Of a stretch of DNA of 32,000 nucleotides, positions 1 to 7,198 are shown piece by piece. The position numbers were made by a program, and so were the translations under genes. A model generated the notes under the pieces. That model did no database searches. It saw only the letters and a program-made list of their open reading frames with translations, and had not been told where the DNA came from. The number at the start of each line of letters is the position of its first letter. Positions within the stretch are counted from its first letter, which is position 1. The DNA lies in NCBI GenBank assembly GCA_039809905.1, contig JBDHVY010000001.1, positions 420,001 through 452,000 on the forward strand. The letters run 5' to 3'. The stretch is from Candidatus Babelota bacterium. Its GTDB lineage: Bacteria > Babelota > Babeliae > Babelales > Vermiphilaceae.

Positions 1-46
1 CAGTCCAATTTGATAAAACATGCTGAATAGAAAGACTTATAGAACA

Positions 47-99
47 AGATAGAATTAAAGAACGAGGGGTCGGCGTGTGTAGAAAATCGAAACATGGGG
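47..99. repeat. Two degenerate units of the dispersed GC-rich hairpin repeat family
   Basis: atagaattaaagaacgagggg-tc-ggcgtgtgtagaaaatcgaaacatgggg aligns with 9781-9838 (aaagaatgaaggacgggg ... aaagaaaatcggaacgtgt) and with 26702-26730 on the opposite strand. It ends in the family flank ATGGGGTTAAAA. Confidence 0.5.
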
Positions 100-181
100 T
101 TAAAAATCTTGATTTGACCTTTTTTATTATGATATATTCAAGTTGAATTTGTAAAAAACAAGAAGTAAAAAAGGTATTACC

Positions 182-841
182 ATGAAGAAAAACTATAAAG
201 AAGCTCTGGCAGCATTTATTATTCTTTATAGCCTTATGGTACCAACATATCTAACTCCTAAAGGCGGCCGAGCACAAGTTGCTGCAGTTAGTGCAAAAAC
301 ACCACAACCTATTGTTCAAAAACCACGTAAAATAGAAAAACCATCAGAAGAAGAACAATCAGAACCAGAAATTATTTCCAATGCAAAACAAATCAAGGCT
401 TTTGTTCCTCAACCAGGAATATTTACGCGTATGTATTTGGGCTTCACTCCAATAATTTTGAGTAGTCTTAATACTGCAATTGGAGCAGGAATTGCTGCCG
501 CAACCAAAGTGGTTCTTGCTGGTTTTCTTGAAGCTCGCCAATATACACTCGCTAAAAAAGCTGCTCAGGAATATGCAAAAGATGAAATTCAAAAAGGTCT
601 TTTTAGTGGAGCACAATTCGCTCAATTTACTCCACAACAAAAAATAGATCTTGCAACAGAAACTATTTTAAAGTCAAACAAAATAAATATGGCTGAAATG
701 GATGCGAGTACATCATACTCTGCTCTTTTCAGCCAAGGACTTTATCCAGCTAAGCTCAACATAGGAGCTTCTCTGATCTCGGGATTTATAACAATGGGAG
801 TAGCTCTGCTGTTGCAAAGCTTAATGCCTCAATCTGAGTAA
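182..841 (+). CDS. Hypothetical secreted/membrane protein (219 aa)
   Basis: ATG with AAAGG 7 nt upstream. N-terminal hydrophobic signal-like segment (AAFIILYSLMV), Ala/Gly-rich hydrophobic core and C-terminal TM (GFITMGVALLLQSL). No family recognised. Confidence 0.6.
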   Translation: MKKNYKEALAAFIILYSLMVPTYLTPKGGRAQVAAVSAKTPQPIVQKPRKIEKPSEEEQSEPEIISNAKQIKAFVPQPGIFTRMYLGFTPIILSSLNTAIGAGIAAATKVVLAGFLEARQYTLAKKAAQEYAKDEIQKGLFSGAQFAQFTPQQKIDLATETILKSNKINMAEMDASTSYSALFSQGLYPAKLNIGASLISGFITMGVALLLQSLMPQSE

Positions 842-857
842 ATATATAATGGTTTTC

Positions 858-1217
858 TTATAACTCAGTATATTTTGTCCACTTACCCTTACTTTTTTCA
901 ATAGGGTATTTACGTGCTTTTTCAATTTGTTTATGCGCAAGAGCCTTGCTCAAATCAATCTTATTTTGATTACAAAAACACAAAAGCGCAAATGCAATAT
1001 CTGCTACTTCATCTTCAACATCTTGTCTACGTTTTTCTAATTCATCATATGAAGCTGCACTCTCGCACCATAAAAAAAGATCCATGAGTTCTGTGCTTTC
1101 TGAAACTAATGCCATACTCAAATTTTTCGGACTGTGAAATTGTTGCCATTCACGATCTTCAATAAACTTTTTAACATCCTTTTTTAAAGATTCTATTGTT
1201 GTTGTTACATCTGACAT
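858..1217 (-). CDS. MazG-like all-alpha nucleoside triphosphate pyrophosphohydrolase (119 aa)
   Basis: Pattern FIEDREWQQFHSPKNLSMAL..ESTELMDLF.W plus the acidic motif EDEVADIAF is typical of small MazG/dCTPase-type NTP-PPases. AAGGA RBS. Starts 9 nt after the stop of the upstream HEPN gene. Confidence 0.85.
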   Translation of the reverse strand: MSDVTTTIESLKKDVKKFIEDREWQQFHSPKNLSMALVSESTELMDLFLWCESAASYDELEKRRQDVEDEVADIAFALLCFCNQNKIDLSKALAHKQIEKARKYPIEKSKGKWTKYTEL

Positions 1218-1226
1218 GTAAAATCC

Positions 1227-1607
1227 TTATGCCAAAAATCTTATACGTTCTATTAATGCATTAAGCTCTCTAGAAAATGAATCAAATCCGGAAACAATTA
1301 CATCTACATTTTCTTGTTCATATGTATACGATGTTAGATGTCGTTTTTCTATAAAAGCAAACCACTCTTCTGGGTTATCAATCAATCGCGCAAGAGCAGC
1401 TTTTCGAAACACATCTCTAGGCGCGGTTGATTCTACACCTTGAGCAGTTAAAATGTGCTTCATTGTTTTCCATGATAATTCATAACAAACCTTAAAAGCC
1501 TGCACAGCCCCAGCCTTATCTCTATCAGTTATCATATCCTGGCGAAATCGCTCAAAAACTGATTGTGCTTTAAGTAAATTGCTAAAATCTGTCCCTAATT
1601 TTTCCAT
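1227..1607 (-). CDS. HI0074-family HEPN protein (nucleotidyltransferase substrate-binding type), no MNT partner adjacent
   Basis: 126 aa. AFKVCYELSWKTMKHIL..GVE..APRDVFRKA and KRHLTSYTYEQ match the family pattern FE.t.El.WK..K..L...G......pr.v.r.A and RN.tsHtYde. GAGGAA RBS. Confidence 0.85.
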   Translation of the reverse strand: MEKLGTDFSNLLKAQSVFERFRQDMITDRDKAGAVQAFKVCYELSWKTMKHILTAQGVESTAPRDVFRKAALARLIDNPEEWFAFIEKRHLTSYTYEQENVDVIVSGFDSFSRELNALIERIRFLA

Positions 1608-1635
1608 GCCCTATTCCTCGATGTTATGTATATTA

Positions 1636-2265
1636 TTATTCTTGTTGTTTATGATGTAAAAAATCTACGACAAATTGGCTCCAAGATTCCATGCATTCAC
1701 GTTGTGCGATACAATCTGCAAGCGAAACTAATGTACCACTTTTTAATTCTGATTTTATTGCAATATCAGCACTATCACCTTCAAGCAAAAATACAAATCC
1801 AATATGCACCTTGCCAACATCGTTGGAATCATCATTCAAAATGCCCAGAGGTTTTACATTCACTTTCCCTGCATAATCAACTTCTTCATGAAATTCACGC
1901 AATGCCCATGCAAAAAGCGAATCCTCTACCATATCTTCTTGCCGAATATGACCACCAATACCAAGTGTTAATTTATTGCGCAAACGAGCTTCTGAGGCAT
2001 CTGATTTTCGTTGCATCAAAAAATATTTATCATCATGAGTAAAAACAAGATAGGGAATAATTTGTTTATATCGAGGATCAACTTCCATCATTGAACGCGG
2101 TAAAAATTCTTTTTTATCATTAATTATGCTGACATAATGATCAAAATTGACTTCTTTTAATCCGTGCCATGCCTGTACATCATCAAAAAAATATTGCCTA
2201 GACATAACAAGAATAAGTTCATCCTGGATGTGCGCAGTGGGTTGTTGTGTATTCATTTGTGTCAT
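1636..2265 (-). CDS. Nudix-family hydrolase (COG4112/YmaB-like)
   Basis: 209 aa. Nudix-box-like GIGGHIRQE...REFHEEVDY, and an N-terminal segment EVDPRYKQIIPYLVF as in MutT-family predicted phosphoesterases. AAGGAAG RBS. Confidence 0.8.
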   Translation of the reverse strand: MTQMNTQQPTAHIQDELILVMSRQYFFDDVQAWHGLKEVNFDHYVSIINDKKEFLPRSMMEVDPRYKQIIPYLVFTHDDKYFLMQRKSDASEARLRNKLTLGIGGHIRQEDMVEDSLFAWALREFHEEVDYAGKVNVKPLGILNDDSNDVGKVHIGFVFLLEGDSADIAIKSELKSGTLVSLADCIAQRECMESWSQFVVDFLHHKQQE

Positions 2266-2367
2266 AAATTATCTTCCTTTTTCTAATGCAGCCATGGCAT
2301 GGCTTAAAATAATTTTCTTTATTTTTTATGCTTTCAGTATAAATCAGACACCCAGATTAGCAACCAA

Positions 2368-2397
2368 TTGACTTATACTTTTTTTGAGCCATACTAT
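2368..2397 (+). promoter_or_regulatory. Candidate sigma70-type promoter for the 2439 gene
   Basis: TTGACT (2368-2373), 18-nt spacer, TACTAT (2392-2397), about 40 nt upstream of the start codon. By-eye match only. Confidence 0.3.
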
Positions 2398-2438
2398 CAG
2401 CGTTGATTTGATGTACCATTTCACCCAAAAGGATGTTC

Positions 2439-2810
2439 ATGAAGAAAACGTTACTTACAGCAACTCTAGCAACTGCATTTTCAAGCATAAATTTTGCCAC
2501 TGAAACTCCACAAATAAACCATTTTGAAGAACTAACAAAATTAGTTGACCAATGCGAAAACAATCCTGCTGCACAGATGTGTCCAAAAATGGCAAAAGCT
2601 TGTCCTAAGCTCAAAGCAATGTTAGATGATGTAACAGAAAGATTAGAAAAAACTGGCGTGCCCGGATTTCTTGAAGAAGAAAAATCAAAAATTGAAAATT
2701 ATGTTGCCGCTACCTACCACAAACCAAAGCTGGATAATATCTTACCTGCAGAATTGCCAAACCTGTCTCAGATAATTAATTCTGTTTCTGCGCAACAAAA
2801 CCAAGAATAA
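2439..2810 (+). CDS. Small secreted Cys-motif protein (123 aa)
   Basis: The first ATG (2433) overlaps the AAGGA RBS, so ATG 2439 has correct spacing. Signal peptide MKKTLLTATLATAFSSINFA. Motif QCENNPAAQMC...CPKLKAML. Confidence 0.7.
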   Translation: MKKTLLTATLATAFSSINFATETPQINHFEELTKLVDQCENNPAAQMCPKMAKACPKLKAMLDDVTERLEKTGVPGFLEEEKSKIENYVAATYHKPKLDNILPAELPNLSQIINSVSAQQNQE

Positions 2811-2827
2811 AAAAACTCTTTTGGTAT

Positions 2828-2856
2828 AAAAAACCCTCTATTTGTAGAGGGTTTTT
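2828..2856 (+). terminator. Rho-independent terminator
   Basis: aaaaaa-ccctcta-tttg-tagaggg-ttttt, 18 nt after the stop codon. Confidence 0.8.
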
Positions 2857-2937
2857 GCATTATTGACTTATATTCATTTTGCAATATAATAATTAATGTA
2901 AATATGTTTATTAATTTTATACCAAAGGGACTGCATA

Positions 2938-3417
2938 ATGACTAACAGAAAATTGTTGCTGGCTTTCTTGAGTGTTTTTACTTCTAGTGTAATGTTGGCA
3001 GATACTCAAAGTAATAATGATACAAAAAAAACATTATCAATATTAAATTCTGAGCTAGGTCGTAGAGAGTGTCGCTTCCTTACTTATTCATGCGAAGAGA
3101 ACTTTATGCCAGAATGTATTCTTATCGGTGAATATTTACTTAAAGCTAAACAATTCCAAGCCGAAAAAGATAACATTTATGTTTTAACTAAGCAACTTGC
3201 CAACATCGAAAATCCTATTTGCAAAAAACCTGTTGAGCAAGATTTAAAAAAGGCAAAAGAAAATTGTCCAAATTTTGAAAAACTATATTGGAACACATTA
3301 ACAGCAGAACAACAAGAAAGCATAGCAAACGCTGTAGCTAATATTGTTAGATCAAAGAATAATTCTTATTCATATTCAGATTCAATGAATGCAGTGCATA
3401 AGGCACTAAATAAATAA
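2938..3417 (+). CDS. Small secreted Cys-motif protein (159 aa), likely paralog of the 2439 gene
   Basis: AAGGGA RBS. Signal peptide LLLAFLSVFTSSVMLA. Motifs SCEENFMPEC and ENCPNFEKLYW. Confidence 0.7.
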   Translation: MTNRKLLLAFLSVFTSSVMLADTQSNNDTKKTLSILNSELGRRECRFLTYSCEENFMPECILIGEYLLKAKQFQAEKDNIYVLTKQLANIENPICKKPVEQDLKKAKENCPNFEKLYWNTLTAEQQESIANAVANIVRSKNNSYSYSDSMNAVHKALNK

Positions 3418-3441
3418 CTTTTATACAAAATCAAATTAAAA

Positions 3442-3474
3442 AATAACCTCCACAATACTGGGGGTTATTTTTTG
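3442..3474 (+). terminator. Rho-independent terminator
   Basis: aataacctcc / gggggttatt 10-bp stem (one G-U), 8-nt loop, T6 run. Confidence 0.75.
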
Positions 3475-3583
3475 TCCATTTTTTTATACACATTCACAAT
3501 GCAATATGCTATGTATACAAAATATAATCTCATTCTCATATCAATACCCAATACACATTGAACTATAAAAAAAGGAGTCTCTT

Positions 3584-3976
3584 ATGATCATTAATGATAC
3601 CAAATTCAATTCCATTTGGACCATTTCAAAATATGTCTACGGCCTTGTTCCTGTGCTCATCGGCCTTGATAAATTTTCCTTTTTCATTGTTGATTGGAAT
3701 ATGTATGTCAGTCCTTTTGCAGCATCCATTGTTCCCATTACAACTCTTGTTCCTCTTGTTGGTATTATCGAAATTGCAGCAGGATTGCTGATTCTGACTA
3801 AATATCCTCGTTTTGGTGCCTATCTTGTTGCTGCGTGGATTGGGATTGTTATTATTAATCTATTCATGATTGGTGGCCTTTACGATATTATTTTGCGTGA
3901 TATTGCCATTGCATTTGGTTACATTGTATTTGCAATGCTGACTGAAGTTAAAGAATCTGCTCAGACATCAATATAG
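3584..3976 (+). CDS. Small integral membrane protein, 4 TM (DoxX-like topology)
   Basis: AAGGAG RBS. Four hydrophobic helices. GLDKF...W and GIIEIAAGLLIL are reminiscent of DoxX-like proteins, but this family call is tentative. Confidence 0.6.
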   Translation: MIINDTKFNSIWTISKYVYGLVPVLIGLDKFSFFIVDWNMYVSPFAASIVPITTLVPLVGIIEIAAGLLILTKYPRFGAYLVAAWIGIVIINLFMIGGLYDIILRDIAIAFGYIVFAMLTEVKESAQTSI

Positions 3977-5222
3977 CCAATTTTTGTTTAATAGCTTCGT
4001 TAAAAAGCGGTTGAGTAATTTTAGGTAAATTTTGAACACGATTTGAAAGGGATATTTCTTTTATATCTTCATGAGTAAGAGCATTATTAATCGCTTTAAA
4101 GCACAATGTTAAATAGTTACTTGTGTAAGGACAATGAACTTCATTACTTTTTATATCTACCTGCAATGCCCGACTACTTAATCTTTTTGAATGTGTTTGC
4201 GGTAAGGGAAAATAAGCTATCATGATAGATGAAAGCTCTGTAATATCCCACAGATATGCTCTATTATTTTTACTTGAACAGGTAGTCATTAAAAAAGGTA
4301 CGTGATCGATTTCATCAAGTAAATGATTCCAGGAAACAAAACAAACCGGTTTTTCATGTGGTAAAATTTTAGTGATATATGTTTGAGAATTAAGAAGAAT
4401 TATATCATTGCTACCGTTAGCAATCGCAAGCCATTTTCCATCAGCAGAATGATCTATATCCGTTACAATTCCATCATAAACATATGTATGATCATATTTT
4501 CCCGTTTTCCAATTCCATAACCGTATTGTTTTATCATCTGATACGGTTACAAGAAGATGTTTTACATTTTTTGCATTATGCTTAACTGTATAGGATAAAG
4601 CAAAACGAACAACATCCGTATGTTCTTTCAATACATGATAATATGTTTTTCCGTTTATCTTATAAAAATCATCACTCACTTTTTTTAAAATATATTTTTT
4701 TATGCTCGGTACTAAATCTTCAAATGAATGTTCTGCTGATAGAACTGTATCGAGAGTTTTTCCGTTAACATTCTCCAGATCCATAGCCTTTTGATACATA
4801 CAGCGATCAATTAAAAACTTAAAAAGAGCATTCCTTTTTGTTAAAGCCGCAAATATTTGAGGCTGATCTAACTGTTTAATTTTATCAGGAATTAAGGGAT
4901 ATAATTTATTGAGAGCTTTTATTGATTGTTTATAAGCAGCAATAGGCTCTTCTTGCTGTAATTTTTCAATGGAATAGAATGAAGAATCTTGTTTTACAAA
5001 TTCATCAATTCGTTGAGAAAGCTCCCGACAATTTTTTATAGACTTGATTGGTCTTAATAGTGTTTCTTGACTAGAACGAAAGCTTTTTAAGAGTTTATAA
5101 GTATCTTCGTCAGTAAATGGAGACTTATCTTCAATCAACGGCACCTCCGGAAAATCCATAGACGATAAAGAAAGAATACTAAAGCACAACAACACCATAA
5201 GCATTCTTATTGTTTTATCCAT
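3948..5222 (-). CDS. Secreted WD40-repeat protein (424 aa)
   Basis: AAGGG RBS. Signal peptide MLMVLLCFSILSLSS. C-terminal half has WD40 signatures (LLVTVSDDKTIRLWNWKTGK; DGKWLAIANGSNDIILLN; NNRAYLWDI). The 3' end overlaps the convergent 3584 gene by 29 nt. Confidence 0.75.
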   Translation of the reverse strand: MDKTIRMLMVLLCFSILSLSSMDFPEVPLIEDKSPFTDEDTYKLLKSFRSSQETLLRPIKSIKNCRELSQRIDEFVKQDSSFYSIEKLQQEEPIAAYKQSIKALNKLYPLIPDKIKQLDQPQIFAALTKRNALFKFLIDRCMYQKAMDLENVNGKTLDTVLSAEHSFEDLVPSIKKYILKKVSDDFYKINGKTYYHVLKEHTDVVRFALSYTVKHNAKNVKHLLVTVSDDKTIRLWNWKTGKYDHTYVYDGIVTDIDHSADGKWLAIANGSNDIILLNSQTYITKILPHEKPVCFVSWNHLLDEIDHVPFLMTTCSSKNNRAYLWDITELSSIMIAYFPLPQTHSKRLSSRALQVDIKSNEVHCPYTSNYLTLCFKAINNALTHEDIKEISLSNRVQNLPKITQPLFNEAIKQKLAILMSEQIL

Positions 5223-5275
5223 AAGCTAACCCTTTATAGCAAACTTAGTTAATGTTGGCACAAGTATCATCTCAA

Positions 5276-5303
5276 CCCCATGCGCAAAGCATTGAGCATG
5301 GGA
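5276..5303. repeat. Hairpin repeat unit (single)
   Basis: ccccatgc-gcaaagcattga-gcatggga. It is near-identical in architecture to 14997-15024. Confidence 0.7.
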
Positions 5304-5390
5304 TTATAAAAAATGTTTCTACTATTATAAAGAATAGCTTATAGATAAAACCAGGGAATGTTGATCAATTGAGCCTATTTTTTATCTCAA

Positions 5391-5687
5391 TTATCTTTTT
5401 CTAAAGGGTGATGGTGACCGTGAACTATGCTTGAAAGTTTTAAGCATTTTATTTTGTATGGCAATAACAGTTTCTCTATCTTTTCGGCTTCGTCTTTGAG
5501 AACGAGGAGCATCTGTTAGGGGCTTGAATATCGTGTGCTGCTCTTCAATAATAACGCGCTGTTGCTCTCGGCTTAATCTTTTTGTGTTTGGAGCATTGAA
5601 CATAGCAGGATCTCCGCCAGAACCTGCCATAAGAAATATATTTAAAAGAAGTGTAGCGATTGGCATCAAAATCATATTTTTCATCAT
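5391..5687 (-). CDS. Small secreted, highly basic protein (98 aa)
   Basis: AAGGA RBS. Signal peptide MILMPIATLLLNIFLMAGSGG. Arg/Lys/Ser-rich mature part (RSQRRSRKDR, SSRSPSPFRKR). Confidence 0.6.
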   Translation of the reverse strand: MMKNMILMPIATLLLNIFLMAGSGGDPAMFNAPNTKRLSREQQRVIIEEQHTIFKPLTDAPRSQRRSRKDRETVIAIQNKMLKTFKHSSRSPSPFRKR

Positions 5688-6148
5688 AGAAAATTCCTTA
5701 ATGTAAAATTAAATATGTGATATACCCTCTACAACAACTGATTTTATACTATTTTTTATTGCCAACATCAAGTTTTTCAAGAAATAGTGACTTTTCTGAA
5801 AAGTTTGCAATGCTAGACTTGTTTTTCACCCTTTTTTATGTATTATTAGTAATAATATTATTATCATATTGTCCTTTTGAGGATTTCGTATGTTTACTTC
5901 AGCTGTTTCCGTGGATGCTTTTGCATTTCAACATCAATATCCCGTTGCTATGTTCTTTTCTCTTGTTTCTCCTATTCTTTTATTGTCTTTATCTATTACT
6001 CTCTTATACCTGCTGCTCGGCAGTCTATAAAATTCTGGCATAAACGCCTATTAATCACTCTTTTTTATCCCTATTTTTTATTGAATTTATATGTTTTTGC
6101 ATAGCTATTAGTTATAACTATGTTTATTTTTACCTATAAGGATTTTCC

Positions 6149-7120
6149 ATGTCATCAAAAAACACATGGGCTTCAAATATTGGATATATTTGGGCCATGA
6201 TCAGTTCGGCTGAAGATTTTTTCATGAATATAAAACAAATGATAATTCCTATTTTTATAATTATTATGGGAATAACAAAAAATTCATTTTCTATGAATAA
6301 AAGCAACATTATCAAAGCTGCAATTTTACCCACTTCAGGAGCAATTATTAGCGCTAAAAAGTATCGCGATTATAAACAAGACCTCACCGGAACAATAACT
6401 GAATATCGATGGCCTCAACCAGCAATAAGCTGGATTGAAAAAATCAAGCATAATGTAGATATAAAATTGCCGACAGAATATGTACGTTTCAATAAGTCCG
6501 ATGGACATCCTTCCGGTTTTTATACTATAAAGGATCATATAATAGCAGCAGACTATGAAACAGTAGAGAAAATAAATAACTTCGTCAAAAAACCAATAAA
6601 CACAGATAGAGATCATGAAGAGCTTGCAACTGAATCTGTACTTATAAAGCATGAATTTGGACATATAAAAAGTAATGATTCTTGGAAAAAAATAAAGGCT
6701 TCTTTTGTAATACCAACAACTATTCAGACAGGATTTTCGGGAATATATTACTGCTTTGATAAAATATTTCCTTCAAGAAAATCTCCAACAAAAATCAATG
6801 CATATACCAAATCAGCTGCAGCAATAATAGCTTTATGGATAAAAATAATTGTTTGGGATATCAGTGAAAAAACTTATTATAGATACTTAGAAAAAAATGC
6901 CGACCAATTTGCACTTGAACATGCAACTCAAGAGGAAATTGCTGCATTTATAAAAATCATCAAAAAAAATGAAGAAGAAATGTTACAACATCCTGATTAC
7001 AAAGATATAGCACATGATGAAACAGAAATAAGAAAAACATTTTTCTATGGAAAAGATCCGCATTCTTTTCCTGCCGACCGTATTGCAATGGCAGAAAAAT
7101 ATTTGAAGAAAACTGAATAA
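6149..7120 (+). CDS. Zinc metallopeptidase-like membrane protein (M48/M56-type HExxH)
   Basis: HEFGH (HExxH) followed about 90 aa later by LEKNADQFALE, which fits the M48 third-ligand E...AD pattern. Hydrophobic N-terminal and central segments. AAGGA lies 6 nt before ATG 6149; an alternative start is ATG 6224. Confidence 0.6.
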   Translation: MSSKNTWASNIGYIWAMISSAEDFFMNIKQMIIPIFIIIMGITKNSFSMNKSNIIKAAILPTSGAIISAKKYRDYKQDLTGTITEYRWPQPAISWIEKIKHNVDIKLPTEYVRFNKSDGHPSGFYTIKDHIIAADYETVEKINNFVKKPINTDRDHEELATESVLIKHEFGHIKSNDSWKKIKASFVIPTTIQTGFSGIYYCFDKIFPSRKSPTKINAYTKSAAAIIALWIKIIVWDISEKTYYRYLEKNADQFALEHATQEEIAAFIKIIKKNEEEMLQHPDYKDIAHDETEIRKTFFYGKDPHSFPADRIAMAEKYLKKTE

Positions 7121-7146
7121 CTGAATAGATAATGCACATATAAAAT

Positions 7147-7180
7147 AAAATGTTTATACTGTAAAATATAAACATTTTAC
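7147..7180 (+). terminator. AT-rich hairpin, probable terminator
   Basis: aaaatgtttata / tataaacatttt perfect 12-bp stem, 8-nt loop, ending in tttt, 27 nt after the stop codon. Confidence 0.5.
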
Positions 7181-7198
7181 TCGAATTAAGGAATTGCA

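Noticed and set aside
1626-2042. Plus-strand ORFs (138 and 61 aa) antisense to the Nudix gene
   Set aside because: They are entirely contained in a CDS with clear family motifs on the other strand, have no RBS and have odd composition.
2357-2614. Minus-strand 85-aa ORF overlapping the 2439 secreted-protein gene
   Set aside because: It overlaps a plus-strand gene that has an RBS, a signal peptide and a terminator. It has no RBS or recognisable features of its own.
3948-3976. Convergent 3' overlaps of CDS pairs (3948-3976 and 17865-17884) as regulatory antisense features
   Set aside because: Short convergent overlaps are expected in a compact AT-rich genome where stop codons are frequent only out of frame. 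No additional structure was seen.
5717-6104. Two overlapping plus-strand ORFs (108 and 75 aa) in the long intergenic gap
   Set aside because: They stay open only because the strand is almost A-free. The translations are Leu/Phe/Cys/Tyr low-complexity strings. One starts at GTG, neither has an RBS, and they overlap each other in different frames.
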